From the IMG/VR virus record IMGVR_UViG_3300008262_000014, positions 1 through 64,000 of that record: a DNA stretch of 64,000 nt; one strand, given 5' to 3'. A program made the translations under genes and the position numbers. Below the pieces are notes generated by a model. It did no database searches. It was not told the origin of the DNA and saw only the letters and a list, made by a program, of their open reading frames with translations. The DNA is from a virus. Shown piece by piece: positions 17,909 through 28,036 of this stretch. Each line of letters begins with the position of its first letter. The stretch's first letter is position 1.

Positions 17909-19435
17909 ATGATCACAGTAATTTATTCTACACACAAAGACGAAGAATATAATAAAAATTTTAAAGAACATATTCAAAAAACAATAGGTATTAAAGAATT
18001 TGAAATTCTTGAATACAAGAATAATAATGAATTTAGTTTATCTCAAATTTATAATAAAGGAATTTTAGAATCTAAAAATAATATTATTGTTTGTTGTCAT
18101 AATGATATAAAATTAGAGAACAATTGGGGTAAGAGATTGATTAAAGATTTCGAAGAAAACTCTGATTATGCAATAATAGGTAAAGCAGGTTCTTGTTACT
18201 TTCCACAATCAGGTGTTTATTGGGAAAGAATGAATGAAACTATGGTTGGTCAAGTTTATCATCATCCAGATGGTCAAAATAAATGGTTAAGTAAATATTC
18301 TGATAAATTACCATTTTTGATCCCTGTTGTCACAATTGATGGTTTATTTATTTCATTTGACAAAACAAAAATCAAACATAATTTTGATGAATCAATTGGT
18401 AAATTCCATTTTTACGATCATGGTTTTTGTTTGCCGAATTATTTAGATAGTGTTAAAATTGGTGTAACATCATCTTTTGAAATTACACATAAATCAGTTG
18501 GTCAACCAAATAATGAGTTTTACGAATCTAAAGAATTGTTTGTAGAAAAATACAAAGATAAGTTACCAATAGATTTTAAACCACAAAATGTTTATGTTCC
18601 TGAATTAAATATAAAACCAATTAAAAATATCGGTGGTAAGGTTGCCGTAATTATACCAACCAAAAATAAAACTGATTTACTATTTAATTGTTTAAATTCT
18701 TTTATTGATAATTGTGATAGTTCATTATACGAAGTTTTTATTGCCGATACCGGTTCAAACGAAGAAGAAAAAAATAAAATAAAAGATTATATTGAAACAA
18801 ACTCAAGTAAAATAAAAATAAATTTAATAGAATATAATTACTATAATTTCGCAAAAATTAATAATGATGTTGTTAAAAATCACGTAAACGACAATTTTAA
18901 ATTTTTATTGTTCTGTAATAACGACATAGTTTTATTAAATGATGCAATAACAGGTATGTTAGATGTATTTAAACAAAATCCTAAGACGGGAACAGTTGGG
19001 GCTAGACTTCACTTTGGTGACAATACATTACAACATGAGGGAATTGTAAGTATTATAAGTAATAGTAGAAAGTCGTATGATGTCACACATCTAGGGTTAA
19101 GAAGTTATTATTCTAAGCAAACTAAATTAGTAAGAGTATGTGGCAGTACTGGTGCTCTATTAATGATTAGAAAGAATGTTTTTGAAAAATGTGGTTACTT
19201 TAATGAAAATTATATATCCTGTTTTGAGGATGTTGAATTAAATTATAAATCATTGATAAGTGGTTATGAAAATTTTTATAATGGAAATGTCGTTGCATAT
19301 CATTTAGAAAGTCAAACGAGAAATGACGACAGTAGATCATTAGATAAATTACAAATGGATTATAGAGATAATCTTTTGCCATTTGTGCAAGAAAATATAT
19401 CTAAATTAAATAACTGGATAGTTTACGTTCAATAA
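17909..19435 (+). CDS. Tandem two-domain GT2-type glycosyltransferase
   Basis: N domain CCHNDI...IDGLF...FHFYD; C domain VIIPTKN...ADTGS...NNDI...TGALLMIRK...EDVEL. Confidence 0.9.
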   Translation: MITVIYSTHKDEEYNKNFKEHIQKTIGIKEFEILEYKNNNEFSLSQIYNKGILESKNNIIVCCHNDIKLENNWGKRLIKDFEENSDYAIIGKAGSCYFPQSGVYWERMNETMVGQVYHHPDGQNKWLSKYSDKLPFLIPVVTIDGLFISFDKTKIKHNFDESIGKFHFYDHGFCLPNYLDSVKIGVTSSFEITHKSVGQPNNEFYESKELFVEKYKDKLPIDFKPQNVYVPELNIKPIKNIGGKVAVIIPTKNKTDLLFNCLNSFIDNCDSSLYEVFIADTGSNEEEKNKIKDYIETNSSKIKINLIEYNYYNFAKINNDVVKNHVNDNFKFLLFCNNDIVLLNDAITGMLDVFKQNPKTGTVGARLHFGDNTLQHEGIVSIISNSRKSYDVTHLGLRSYYSKQTKLVRVCGSTGALLMIRKNVFEKCGYFNENYISCFEDVELNYKSLISGYENFYNGNVVAYHLESQTRNDDSRSLDKLQMDYRDNLLPFVQENISKLNNWIVYVQ

Positions 19436-20293
19436 AACTATTTCCTTAACTTTATTATATAAATTGTACTTAGTAAAGTACAATTTTTTATTTTCAATAA
19501 TTTTATCTATATCATAATTATCATTTCTAATTATGTCTGATAAGATATCTAAAGTTTCTTCTATATTATTTGGATTGATTGGTATATGATTTTTATAAAT
19601 ATCGGAAATATTAGGGGCACCATAATATATTGGATAGGAATTACATAGTGGAATATCAAAAAACTTTTCAGTAATATAATTTTTCTCACAAGAATTTTCT
19701 ATCCCTATCGAATATTGGTAATTAACAAGTGCATCGTATTTATCTCCGACTGTTCCTTTAATATTTTTATGATTTAATGACCAACCATTTCCGTAGATAT
19801 CGATATCTAAATTATGTTCTAAAATTTTTAATGCTAATTTTGTTCTTAATTCATAGTTATATCCACCACCAGGTGTATATGAAACAACCATTGATATTTT
19901 TTTCTTATGTTCATATAAATTATTATTCAATAGTTTACCTATGTTGTTTATTTCTGAATTCATATGATAAAACATAAAAGATGGGGACTCTATTATATTT
20001 TCATGGTTACCAAATAAATTTTTATCATGTACAAATACTTTATTAGAGTAATTAAAACAATTACGATCCCAGTTAGGTGACCATGAAGGTTCCATTATAA
20101 AAGTATAGATTTTTTCTTTAGTGACTGTAGGTTGTGTTGTTAATCTATTAAACACGAACAAAAAATCGTAATCATCACCATCTGTTATAATTATATTTGA
20201 ATTATAATTTTCTTCAGTGATAAAATTTGATTTAACTCTTCTATTAATATCTTTATCTGATGTCCAGTTACAATTAAATTTTATTTTAAACAC
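19406..20293 (-). CDS. GT10 (alpha-1,3-fucosyltransferase-like) glycosyltransferase
   Basis: YQYSIGIENSCEKNYITEKFFD...PIYYGAPN motif. Confidence 0.8.
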   Translation of the reverse strand: MFKIKFNCNWTSDKDINRRVKSNFITEENYNSNIIITDGDDYDFLFVFNRLTTQPTVTKEKIYTFIMEPSWSPNWDRNCFNYSNKVFVHDKNLFGNHENIIESPSFMFYHMNSEINNIGKLLNNNLYEHKKKISMVVSYTPGGGYNYELRTKLALKILEHNLDIDIYGNGWSLNHKNIKGTVGDKYDALVNYQYSIGIENSCEKNYITEKFFDIPLCNSYPIYYGAPNISDIYKNHIPINPNNIEETLDILSDIIRNDNYDIDKIIENKKLYFTKYNLYNKVKEIVLLNVNYPVI

Positions 20294-20304
20294 GTCACAC
20301 TTAA

Positions 20305-20919
20305 TTATTTATTTTTTATAAAAAAATTATCCGCACCAACATTTCTTAAAAATTTAAATCCAAAATTATTTAAATAATTTTCAACTTCATTTGTGCCGTA
20401 ATTATTTTCAACAGATATGCAAAATATGTTATGTTTATCAAAATCTATTGATTTAATTACATTTAATTCAGATCCTTCTACATCTATAGAGATGTAATCT
20501 ATTTCTTTTTCATTTACTAAATCAGAAAATCTAACGGAATCAACATCTATTATTTTTTTCGTACCTCCATACGTATTTAACTCGCGATTAATTCTTTCTA
20601 AATGTCTTGGATCATATGTTTCAAATAACCCACTTAACATTTCAGAGTATCCATCAATTTGTAAAAATTGTAATTTTCCGTTAACTTCACTAACCGCTAA
20701 ATTATGTTTTATACATTTTCTATTACTCAATAATTTATTAAAAGACAGTGGTAAGGGTTCCACACATATACCGTTCCATCCAATATCTTCTAATATTTTG
20801 GTATTACTTAAACTAATACCGTCATTTGCACCTATGTCCACATAGAATCCATTTTTTTTGTCTTTAAATAATTCTTCAACTAAGAATTTATCTTGACCGT
20901 CTTGACTGTAATATTTCAT
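20305..20919 (-). CDS. FkbM family methyltransferase
   Basis: YSQDGQD, VDIGANDG, WNGICVEP, SIDVEGSE. Confidence 0.92.
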   Translation of the reverse strand: MKYYSQDGQDKFLVEELFKDKKNGFYVDIGANDGISLSNTKILEDIGWNGICVEPLPLSFNKLLSNRKCIKHNLAVSEVNGKLQFLQIDGYSEMLSGLFETYDPRHLERINRELNTYGGTKKIIDVDSVRFSDLVNEKEIDYISIDVEGSELNVIKSIDFDKHNIFCISVENNYGTNEVENYLNNFGFKFLRNVGADNFFIKNK

Positions 20920-20933
20920 ATATTAAAATTTTA

Positions 20934-21746
20934 TTAAATAAAAAAATCTAGTCCAGCAAAATATGCATTATTTGCAAAATTACCATTATGTAGATTAAAT
21001 AATTCTTTATTTTCTAAAAAACATATTGTGTAAATATTTTGATCGTCCGAAATGACTGATTCACTTATTGAATCATCGATAACTTTTTTTATTATTTCTG
21101 AATATTTTAAAATTGCCGACTTCGTTCCACCGAACCAAGCACCAACAATTCTAACATCATCTGATTCACAATAGTATTTTAGTTTATTTTTATCACTATC
21201 TTTAGGGTGTTGTCTATAAAATTGGTGAATTTTATTATCATACAATATATCTATGTTTTTTGAGGGGTATTTTTTAAATTTAAAAACCTCGGGAAACATG
21301 TGATGATATATACCACTATCCATCCAACAATGTAATTCAGAATCAAAAAAATTATTTTTTATTGTATTTTCAATAAATTTAGATTTTGCGAACTGTATTA
21401 TATTGTATATTGGGTAATTGGATTCCGGTCTTAATTTATCATGGTGTTTATTTTTTATGTTTTCAATAAAAAATTGACTATTCATTAAATTTGTTATTCT
21501 ATCTAAATAATCATAATAAGGAATTTCTTCTAAATTCATCGTTACAATAATAGTATTATTTAAATTTGGGTCAATTAATTTTCTATTTTCAATAAAATGT
21601 TCTTCTAGATTCGGTGTTGTATATATAACCATTTTACAATCTAATGATAACATATTCTTACTGTAATTTTTGTAATCATCTATACTCCGTTGGTAACCAA
21701 CCCAATTACCTCTATCTAAATCAAAAAGTGCCGTTGTTATAACCAT
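20934..21746 (-). CDS. HtrL/WlaTC-family glycosyltransferase-like protein
   Basis: ITTALFDLDR...YNIIQFAKSKF...WMDSG...FGG...DDQ. Confidence 0.75.
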   Translation of the reverse strand: MVITTALFDLDRGNWVGYQRSIDDYKNYSKNMLSLDCKMVIYTTPNLEEHFIENRKLIDPNLNNTIIVTMNLEEIPYYDYLDRITNLMNSQFFIENIKNKHHDKLRPESNYPIYNIIQFAKSKFIENTIKNNFFDSELHCWMDSGIYHHMFPEVFKFKKYPSKNIDILYDNKIHQFYRQHPKDSDKNKLKYYCESDDVRIVGAWFGGTKSAILKYSEIIKKVIDDSISESVISDDQNIYTICFLENKELFNLHNGNFANNAYFAGLDFFI

Positions 21747-21762
21747 ATATAAAAAAATAATA

Positions 21763-22398
21763 CTATTTTATCACTAAAATTATGTTATTATCTCCATCAT
21801 TTCTACTATTTGGAATTTTAACTAAATCAATAAATTTATATCTATTTTTTACTTGATTAATAAAATTATTAAAATCAGAGTGATATCTTTTGTCAATATC
21901 TTCAATTATAAAGATACCACCATCTTTTAAAATATTAATAGAATTTTCAAAAAATATTTTGTTGGCGTTAAATGTGTGTAAACCATCTTCTATTATTACA
22001 TCAAACTGGAAATCAAAATTTTTCCATAATTGTTCAATTGAATTTGTGTTTGTTTGATCACATTTAAATGTCTTAATTCTTTCTTCATTTATTAAAATTT
22101 TTTCGTCGATGTCCGCACCATATATATTTGCGTTATTAAAATATTCTCTCCATCCTCTTAGTGATCCGCAAGGTGTTCCTAAACCACTCATATTAGAAGG
22201 TATGGACATATCATTTGTACCCAAACCCAATTCAAATACATTTTTAATCTCATCTTTTATGTCTTTAAAAATAAAATGATAAAATGTCGTATAATTATGG
22301 TGACCGGAACCTTTATCACTACCCCATTTATTCATAATATCACATAAATCTGTTTTTGTTTCATGTAAGTTGTTGTTAAAAAAATTTGTTAAATTCAT
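21763..22398 (-). CDS. Class I SAM-dependent (sugar O-)methyltransferase
   Basis: GSDKG..HNYT, FELGLG, GADID, IIEDGLH, GGIFIIED. Confidence 0.85.
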   Translation of the reverse strand: MNLTNFFNNNLHETKTDLCDIMNKWGSDKGSGHHNYTTFYHFIFKDIKDEIKNVFELGLGTNDMSIPSNMSGLGTPCGSLRGWREYFNNANIYGADIDEKILINEERIKTFKCDQTNTNSIEQLWKNFDFQFDVIIEDGLHTFNANKIFFENSINILKDGGIFIIEDIDKRYHSDFNNFINQVKNRYKFIDLVKIPNSRNDGDNNIILVIK

Positions 22399-22410
22399 AT
22401 TTGTTATTTT

Positions 22411-22439
22411 TATTTTATTTTATTTTATTTTATTTTATT
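22411..22439. repeat. (TATTT)n microsatellite, about 6 copies
   Basis: tattttattttattttattttattttatt between two glycan-island genes. Confidence 0.8.
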
Positions 22440-23379
22440 GTAAAAATACTTTTTTAAATTTATCCATTACGTTGCATGGTGAAAACATCTCATTTAAATA
22501 ACACGTATTGTATGGATTCTTTTTATTTATATTATTTAGGATTTGATCTAAATTATTTTGGTTATAATATACACTACAGTTATCTTTTAAATACATTATA
22601 TGTGATTTTTCAGGTGATAATCCATAGGTTATTATATGTTTATTTTTACACGCAAATTCAAGTACTGATAACCCAAAGCTCTCACCTTGCATCCTAGCAT
22701 GTAACATTGCATCACAAGTATTTATAAATTTTGTTTTAAAATACATATCGGATGTTGAATCTAAATATATGACTCTAGGATGTGTTATAAATTTATATGT
22801 ATTTAAAAATAAAAAAACAATATCGGATCTAGAATTTAAAATATTAACTATTGAATTTTTAACAAAGGGTATATCAAATGTTTCTAAACCACCATATCTA
22901 CCAACAACAACAGTGTCTTCAGGTATATTTAATTCATTACGTAAATTTTCTTCAATAATTGGTAAACTTATCATATGAGGAACAAATGGTATTTTATAAT
23001 TAGATGTTGATGATAACCATTCGGAGACCGTGGCATATACGTCGCCATGTACTTGTGTTGGATTGGTACAAAATACTGAATGTACACAATTTTTAACATC
23101 TGAAACTATCATTCCATCATTTTCACCACTTTTTATGATATAAAATAAATCAACTTTTTCTTTTTTTATATGATCATTAATTTCATTAAAAAGATTATAA
23201 TGTAAAACGTTAAAATATTTTTTAAATTTTTCTAAAACTTCAGAATCATTAGGTAAATTTTTATTAGTGATAATTATTGATTCGTTATTTAATATTTCTT
23301 GATTATAGTACGCATAGTCAAACAGGGCAACTGAGGTACCTCTCTTATTTAAAAAATTTTCATGAAACAATATCTTCAT
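22435..23379 (-). CDS. GT4-like (GT-B) glycosyltransferase
   Basis: RGTSVALFDYA, GRYGG, CDAMLHAR..GESFGLSVLEF. Confidence 0.8.
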   Translation of the reverse strand: MKILFHENFLNKRGTSVALFDYAYYNQEILNNESIIITNKNLPNDSEVLEKFKKYFNVLHYNLFNEINDHIKKEKVDLFYIIKSGENDGMIVSDVKNCVHSVFCTNPTQVHGDVYATVSEWLSSTSNYKIPFVPHMISLPIIEENLRNELNIPEDTVVVGRYGGLETFDIPFVKNSIVNILNSRSDIVFLFLNTYKFITHPRVIYLDSTSDMYFKTKFINTCDAMLHARMQGESFGLSVLEFACKNKHIITYGLSPEKSHIMYLKDNCSVYYNQNNLDQILNNINKKNPYNTCYLNEMFSPCNVMDKFKKVFLQ

Positions 23380-24029
23380 TATCTTATTTTTTCGATAAGT
23401 ATAGTTTCTGAATGTATATGAATAGAAAAAATGTTACCCTTCTTTTTATCTAACATCTCAATTTTTTCTGATAGAAAACTATCAAAGTCGGATCTATTAT
23501 TATTAAAATTAACGTCAGAGTCATTATAAGACATACCTGGCCAATCTTTAACAATGTTACTAAAATTATTAAACCATTTATCACCATAAGTGCAGTGTGT
23601 ATCTTCTATAACATAGAAACCACCAGGTTTAACAGAATCGTATAATAAATTAAAAGATTCAAACGATAATTGATTTATGTGACTAGCATCATCAATTATT
23701 ATGTCAAACCCGCTTGGATAGGATTTTTTAATATCATTAATTAATTGACTGTTATTTTGTGACCCTATAAAAATTTTAGTTCTTTCTGTGTTATATATAG
23801 TCTTGGACGGATCGATGTCTAAACCAACTATATTGCCATTTATAAAGTACTCTTCCCATGTTTTTAAAGAACCCCCGTTTAATATACCCAACTCTAATAA
23901 TGTTATATTTAAGTTTTTATATTGTTCAAAATATCTTTCATAAACATCTAAAAAAGACCTACCATTAAATGAATGTACTAATGACTTATCAGTACCATAC
24001 TTTAAACCAATTTGTTGCAGTATACCCAT
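23379..24029 (-). CDS. Class I SAM-dependent (sugar O-)methyltransferase
   Basis: YGTDK, LLELGI..GGSL, IIDDASH, GGFYVIED. Confidence 0.88.
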   Translation of the reverse strand: MGILQQIGLKYGTDKSLVHSFNGRSFLDVYERYFEQYKNLNITLLELGILNGGSLKTWEEYFINGNIVGLDIDPSKTIYNTERTKIFIGSQNNSQLINDIKKSYPSGFDIIIDDASHINQLSFESFNLLYDSVKPGGFYVIEDTHCTYGDKWFNNFSNIVKDWPGMSYNDSDVNFNNNRSDFDSFLSEKIEMLDKKKGNIFSIHIHSETILIEKIR

Positions 24030-24032
24030 ATG

Positions 24033-24737
24033 TTAATATTTTTTTCTGTGATGATTTAATATAACACCATAATGTGAATTAGTAAACAATTCATTATGTT
24101 TATCACCCCACTGTGTAGGGTCCTTATATAATTCTATTTGGTTTTTTATTGATAAAATAGAAAGAATAGATTGGTCGTGTCTATGATCAATAAAATCACT
24201 AAAATTAATACCATTAGTATTTGGTTCGTCCGATATTATTTTAAAATTTTTACAAAAATTTAAATACTCCTCAACAAAAATAAGACTATTTACTGTTTTT
24301 TTAATTAAAATTACGGCAGCATTAACATGTTTACCATTTGTAAACTTTTCATCTAACGCATCTAATTCGTGGAAAGTATCATATTTTGTGAATTGACTAT
24401 TTTTATATTCATTAGAAAACAATATAATATCCTTATTAGCCAATAAGTTAAAAAGTGATAATGGATTATTAACAAAATTTATGGTAGCGTCGGTATACAT
24501 TATTATATCATCATCTTTTATATTATTTAATGTTTTTAAAATTAAATAAGGTTTCCATAACCAATAACCAAAACCTCTACCTCCTTCAAAGTGTTTAGGA
24601 TATAAATCCTTTAGTTCGGTTATATTATTTTCGTTATATAAAATAATTTCATCAAAAAAAGGTGATGCACTATTCCTTAAATTTGTTAACGTATTTTCAT
24701 AACCTTTAGATCCAAATGATATTAAATATTTTTTCAT
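24033..24737 (-). CDS. Putative glycosyltransferase (GYWLWKP / HRHDQS type)
   Basis: GFGYWLWKPY, YTDA, HRHDQSILS motifs; glycan-cluster context. Confidence 0.7.
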   Translation of the reverse strand: MKKYLISFGSKGYENTLTNLRNSASPFFDEIILYNENNITELKDLYPKHFEGGRGFGYWLWKPYLILKTLNNIKDDDIIMYTDATINFVNNPLSLFNLLANKDIILFSNEYKNSQFTKYDTFHELDALDEKFTNGKHVNAAVILIKKTVNSLIFVEEYLNFCKNFKIISDEPNTNGINFSDFIDHRHDQSILSILSIKNQIELYKDPTQWGDKHNELFTNSHYGVILNHHRKKY

Positions 24738-25432
24738 AGTATTTGTATTTCATTATTTTTAATTACTGAGGGTCTGTAACCAACCATACTACTAATTTTA
24801 GGAAAATATGATTCAAAAAAATACCTATTAAATCCCATTGTTTCTAAATTTTTATTAAAAAAATCTCTATTCATGTTTTTTAATAAAAATTCTATCACCG
24901 CTCCTTTAATCATATAAAATGTATTGGGATAAAAACCTGAAAATGGTGTTTTTATTGGAAAATTACATATTTCATTCAAATTGATATAATCTGGACTACC
25001 CTCATGATCAAAAATATAATCGACACCGACTATACCTACATTAGGGTTAACATTTAATAAATCTATCATATTATCTATCTGACCCCAAAAAAACGTTTCA
25101 TTATATATTCGATATTTTAATGAGTATTCTATAGTATGATAAGAAGATCCTTTAGTGTGTCCAAAAACCACATAATCATATTTTTTGTTTAATATACTTA
25201 AAGCCATTTGATAACCAGATGCGTCACTATTAATACATAAATTTTCAGGAACAATAATAAAATTTGGATAGTTAATTCTAATCTTATTAATTAAATTCTC
25301 ACTAGTACCACAATTTATACCGATGTATATATCATCTTTTTTAAAAATACCATCTATTAAATTTAAATAATAATCACCTAAAATATCCATGTTTTTAGGT
25401 ACCCAAAACGAAAATATTAAACATTTATTCAT
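24734..25432 (-). CDS. Putative glycan-synthesis protein (RgpF-like HTKG motif)
   Basis: YDYVVFGHTKG...RYFFE; cluster context. Confidence 0.55.
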   Translation of the reverse strand: MNKCLIFSFWVPKNMDILGDYYLNLIDGIFKKDDIYIGINCGTSENLINKIRINYPNFIIVPENLCINSDASGYQMALSILNKKYDYVVFGHTKGSSYHTIEYSLKYRIYNETFFWGQIDNMIDLLNVNPNVGIVGVDYIFDHEGSPDYINLNEICNFPIKTPFSGFYPNTFYMIKGAVIEFLLKNMNRDFFNKNLETMGFNRYFFESYFPKISSMVGYRPSVIKNNEIQIL

Positions 25433-26010
25433 TTGCTAAAAATAACACCAATACCTCCCCAATCTGAATTATCGGAATCTTTTATCTCTAAAGTTTTGTA
25501 AGTATTTTTAACTTCATCCCAAAATTTAGATACATAACAATTAACACTTCTGTGATATTCGGAGTCGACAATATCGTGAAAGAAAACTATTCCACCCTTA
25601 TTTAACATTGGGAAATAATTTTCAAAATCTTTTTTAACACCTTCATACGTATGGTCACCATCAATAAAGATTAAATCATATCCATTTGGTGAAAAATTTT
25701 TAACATGATTTATTGTTTCAATATTAAAAGAATTTGCACTGATTCCCTCGTAATTTGTTATTTGTTTTAATCTATTAACATCAAATCTGAGTGGATTATT
25801 ACCATCAACAGTAATAAAATTTTCACAGAAATGTGTTAATGAAATTGAAGAACCACCATCGTATGCCCCAACTTCTAAACCATATTTAAATTTTTCATTT
25901 CTATCATTTAATATTTTTAACAACTCAAACCATTCATATTTTTTTTGTTGTATTTTGAATTCTTTTGATAGATCCCAAATCTTTTCTAAAAATTCTTGTT
26001 CGTATATCAT
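25429..26010 (-). CDS. Methyltransferase (Methyltransf_24-like)
   Basis: LEVGAYDGGS, IFIDGDHTYEGVKKD, GGIVFFHD. Confidence 0.9.
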   Translation of the reverse strand: MIYEQEFLEKIWDLSKEFKIQQKKYEWFELLKILNDRNEKFKYGLEVGAYDGGSSISLTHFCENFITVDGNNPLRFDVNRLKQITNYEGISANSFNIETINHVKNFSPNGYDLIFIDGDHTYEGVKKDFENYFPMLNKGGIVFFHDIVDSEYHRSVNCYVSKFWDEVKNTYKTLEIKDSDNSDWGGIGVIFSK

Positions 26011-26639
26011 AATTTAACTTTTATTAATTCAGTTATTTCATTTATTTTTTCAATACTAACTAATTCATATTTTAATGTACTCAATCCATCATTTTCATAT
26101 TCATATTCTTCAGATAGTTTTTTAACATTATTTTGATAGTTTGAGTGATTTGGCCCGTTTGGTATGTGTCTTAAAGATATATAGTGTCCCGTTCTTCTAT
26201 ACAAATCAAATCCATTCTTTTTAATTCTGTTTAACAAATCGTCATCTTCACCTCCCCATCCCCAAAAGTCATTACTGTATCCGTTAATTTTAAAAAAATC
26301 TTCTTTATTGAATAAATTAACACCACCATAATATGTTGGATAAGCAACACTACCACCAAATTGACCAACATTTGTTGCCATATGATATGGTTTATCTGGA
26401 TAACTATAATCTGCATTCGTTGGTATCATGTCAACATCATGAAAACAAAAATAATCTGAAGTGTTTTTTTTATAATCAAAACCAACATTCAAAAGTTTTG
26501 CGCGATTAAATAATTTCTCGTCAAATTGTTCAACAATTATAATACCAAAATCGATACCAACTATGTTTTTAGGTATTTCTGAAATAAATGTTTTCAAATG
26601 TTCTTCCCTATTTCTATATGGTACAATGATACTTAACAT
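26007..26639 (-). CDS. GT7 beta-1,4-galactosyltransferase-like
   Basis: IIVPYRNR, FNRAKLLNVGF, FHDVD, YYGGV, NGYSNDFWGWGGEDDD. Confidence 0.92.
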   Translation of the reverse strand: MLSIIVPYRNREEHLKTFISEIPKNIVGIDFGIIIVEQFDEKLFNRAKLLNVGFDYKKNTSDYFCFHDVDMIPTNADYSYPDKPYHMATNVGQFGGSVAYPTYYGGVNLFNKEDFFKINGYSNDFWGWGGEDDDLLNRIKKNGFDLYRRTGHYISLRHIPNGPNHSNYQNNVKKLSEEYEYENDGLSTLKYELVSIEKINEITELIKVKL

Positions 26640-26644
26640 ATAAT

Positions 26645-27415
26645 TTAAAATAATGATTTTATTTTTGTTAGTTTATGGAAACTACTAGGTAATCCTGCTA
26701 AAAATGCGTCATTCGGATATTCCCAAACATTATAAAAATCAACAAGTTTATCTATATCATTTCTAAAATTTACAGATGCTGAACTATTTTCAAATTTTGT
26801 TCTAATATCATTTCTAATGTACGATCCATGGTGCATTTCTATTTGATCTCTATTAAAAATAATAGGGGTTGTTATTTCGGACATTCTTCTTGTTGGATCA
26901 ACAACAACTGGAGAAGGATGTGCATGTACGTATTTAGAATCTTTTTTAATTTTAAAAATTAATGAAACATAATATTCCTCTGGTGTGGATAATTTATATT
27001 CCCAACTTTTATAATAGGTCTGCATTTGACAATAAGATGAATCGTAATCATTTTCAACGATTATATTTTTAATCTTTTCAAATTCAGATTCAATATAATA
27101 TTCGTCACAGTCCATTGACATATGATGTGTACATCCTTCCATTTCAGATAAGATTAATCCAACATTTCTTTTTGAAACTTCATTGTACGCGGGACCGTTT
27201 TGTAAAATAGGTGTGAAAGAATATAATTTATCGATTAAACCATCTGATTTTAATTTATTTAAATTATCAATTAAATTCTCGTTGCATTCTTTACCAAAAT
27301 TAGATACCTTTTGATAAACAACACTAACATAATCAACTTGGTTTCGTATTTGTCTGATAGAACTTTCTAATAGTTCTTCTCCATCAAATACATTATAACT
27401 TATACCTAATTTCAT
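26645..27415 (-). CDS. GT-A fold glycosyltransferase-like protein
   Basis: LGISYNVFDGEELL...KRNVGL...SMDCDEYY; likely start 27415. Confidence 0.7.
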   Translation of the reverse strand: MKLGISYNVFDGEELLESSIRQIRNQVDYVSVVYQKVSNFGKECNENLIDNLNKLKSDGLIDKLYSFTPILQNGPAYNEVSKRNVGLILSEMEGCTHHMSMDCDEYYIESEFEKIKNIIVENDYDSSYCQMQTYYKSWEYKLSTPEEYYVSLIFKIKKDSKYVHAHPSPVVVDPTRRMSEITTPIIFNRDQIEMHHGSYIRNDIRTKFENSSASVNFRNDIDKLVDFYNVWEYPNDAFLAGLPSSFHKLTKIKSLF

Positions 27416-27420
27416 AAAAA

Positions 27421-27449
27421 AAATATTCACTAAAATATAGTGAATATTT
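27421..27449. promoter_or_regulatory. Perfect 12-bp inverted repeat at the head of the glycan operon
   Basis: AAATATTCACTA-aaata-TAGTGAATATTT, 5 nt upstream of the ATG at 27415. Confidence 0.6.
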
Positions 27450-27478
27450 CTCAAAATAAAAAGTTATTTTACTTTTTT

Positions 27479-27724
27479 TTAATCGGTTAAATCTGTAAAG
27501 AAACTTTTACTTGTTAAATCTTCGGAATTCTTTTTAGATCTGTCTTCCGCTCTGGCGATTTCCTTTTCGGTGAATAAAAGACATCTTTCGTTTTTACCGT
27601 CAGCGTCTTCTACCCATACAGAAACGTACTTTGCAGATGCATTTGAAAACTTCTTTTTTTCAGTGTTCCAAACCCTGATTAATCTTCCTGATTTAACTTT
27701 TACTTTGTCAATTAAACTAGCCAT
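27479..27724 (-). CDS. Hypothetical protein
   Basis: 81 aa; TATTTATA upstream. Confidence 0.75.
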   Translation of the reverse strand: MASLIDKVKVKSGRLIRVWNTEKKKFSNASAKYVSVWVEDADGKNERCLLFTEKEIARAEDRSKKNSEDLTSKSFFTDLTD

Positions 27725-27743
27725 ATCTTTTTATTTATAAATA

Positions 27744-28034
27744 TTAGGGTTTTGAATAGTAATAAATAATATCAAAAATAATAAACATTATCGTTGGTAT
27801 TATACCTCCAATCAGTGTCCATTTAACATCTCTCCAATCAAACTTAGTTTTTTTGATGTGTTTATCATAAAATTCTTTCCCTATTGCAGATATTAATGAT
27901 CCACCGAAACCAAGTAAAGATGAAACAGATTGGTTGAACCAAAAATTAGAAATAAAGAACACTAAAAACCAAATTAATATCCCAGCCCAAAAGTGCATTT
28001 CGTCGTCTAATTTTTTAAATCTAATATTAATCAT
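27744..28034 (-). CDS. Three-TM membrane protein
   Basis: H...KE.YD...FDWRD pattern between hydrophobic helices. Confidence 0.7.
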   Translation of the reverse strand: MINIRFKKLDDEMHFWAGILIWFLVFFISNFWFNQSVSSLLGFGGSLISAIGKEFYDKHIKKTKFDWRDVKWTLIGGIIPTIMFIIFDIIYYYSKP

Positions 28035-28036
28035 AA

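Noticed and set aside
17909-27415. Host LPS/capsule locus or giant eukaryotic virus origin
   Set aside because: Flanked seamlessly by phage genes with the same composition; no wzx/wzy/ABC export; sigma, NusG and murein hydrolases indicate a bacteriophage
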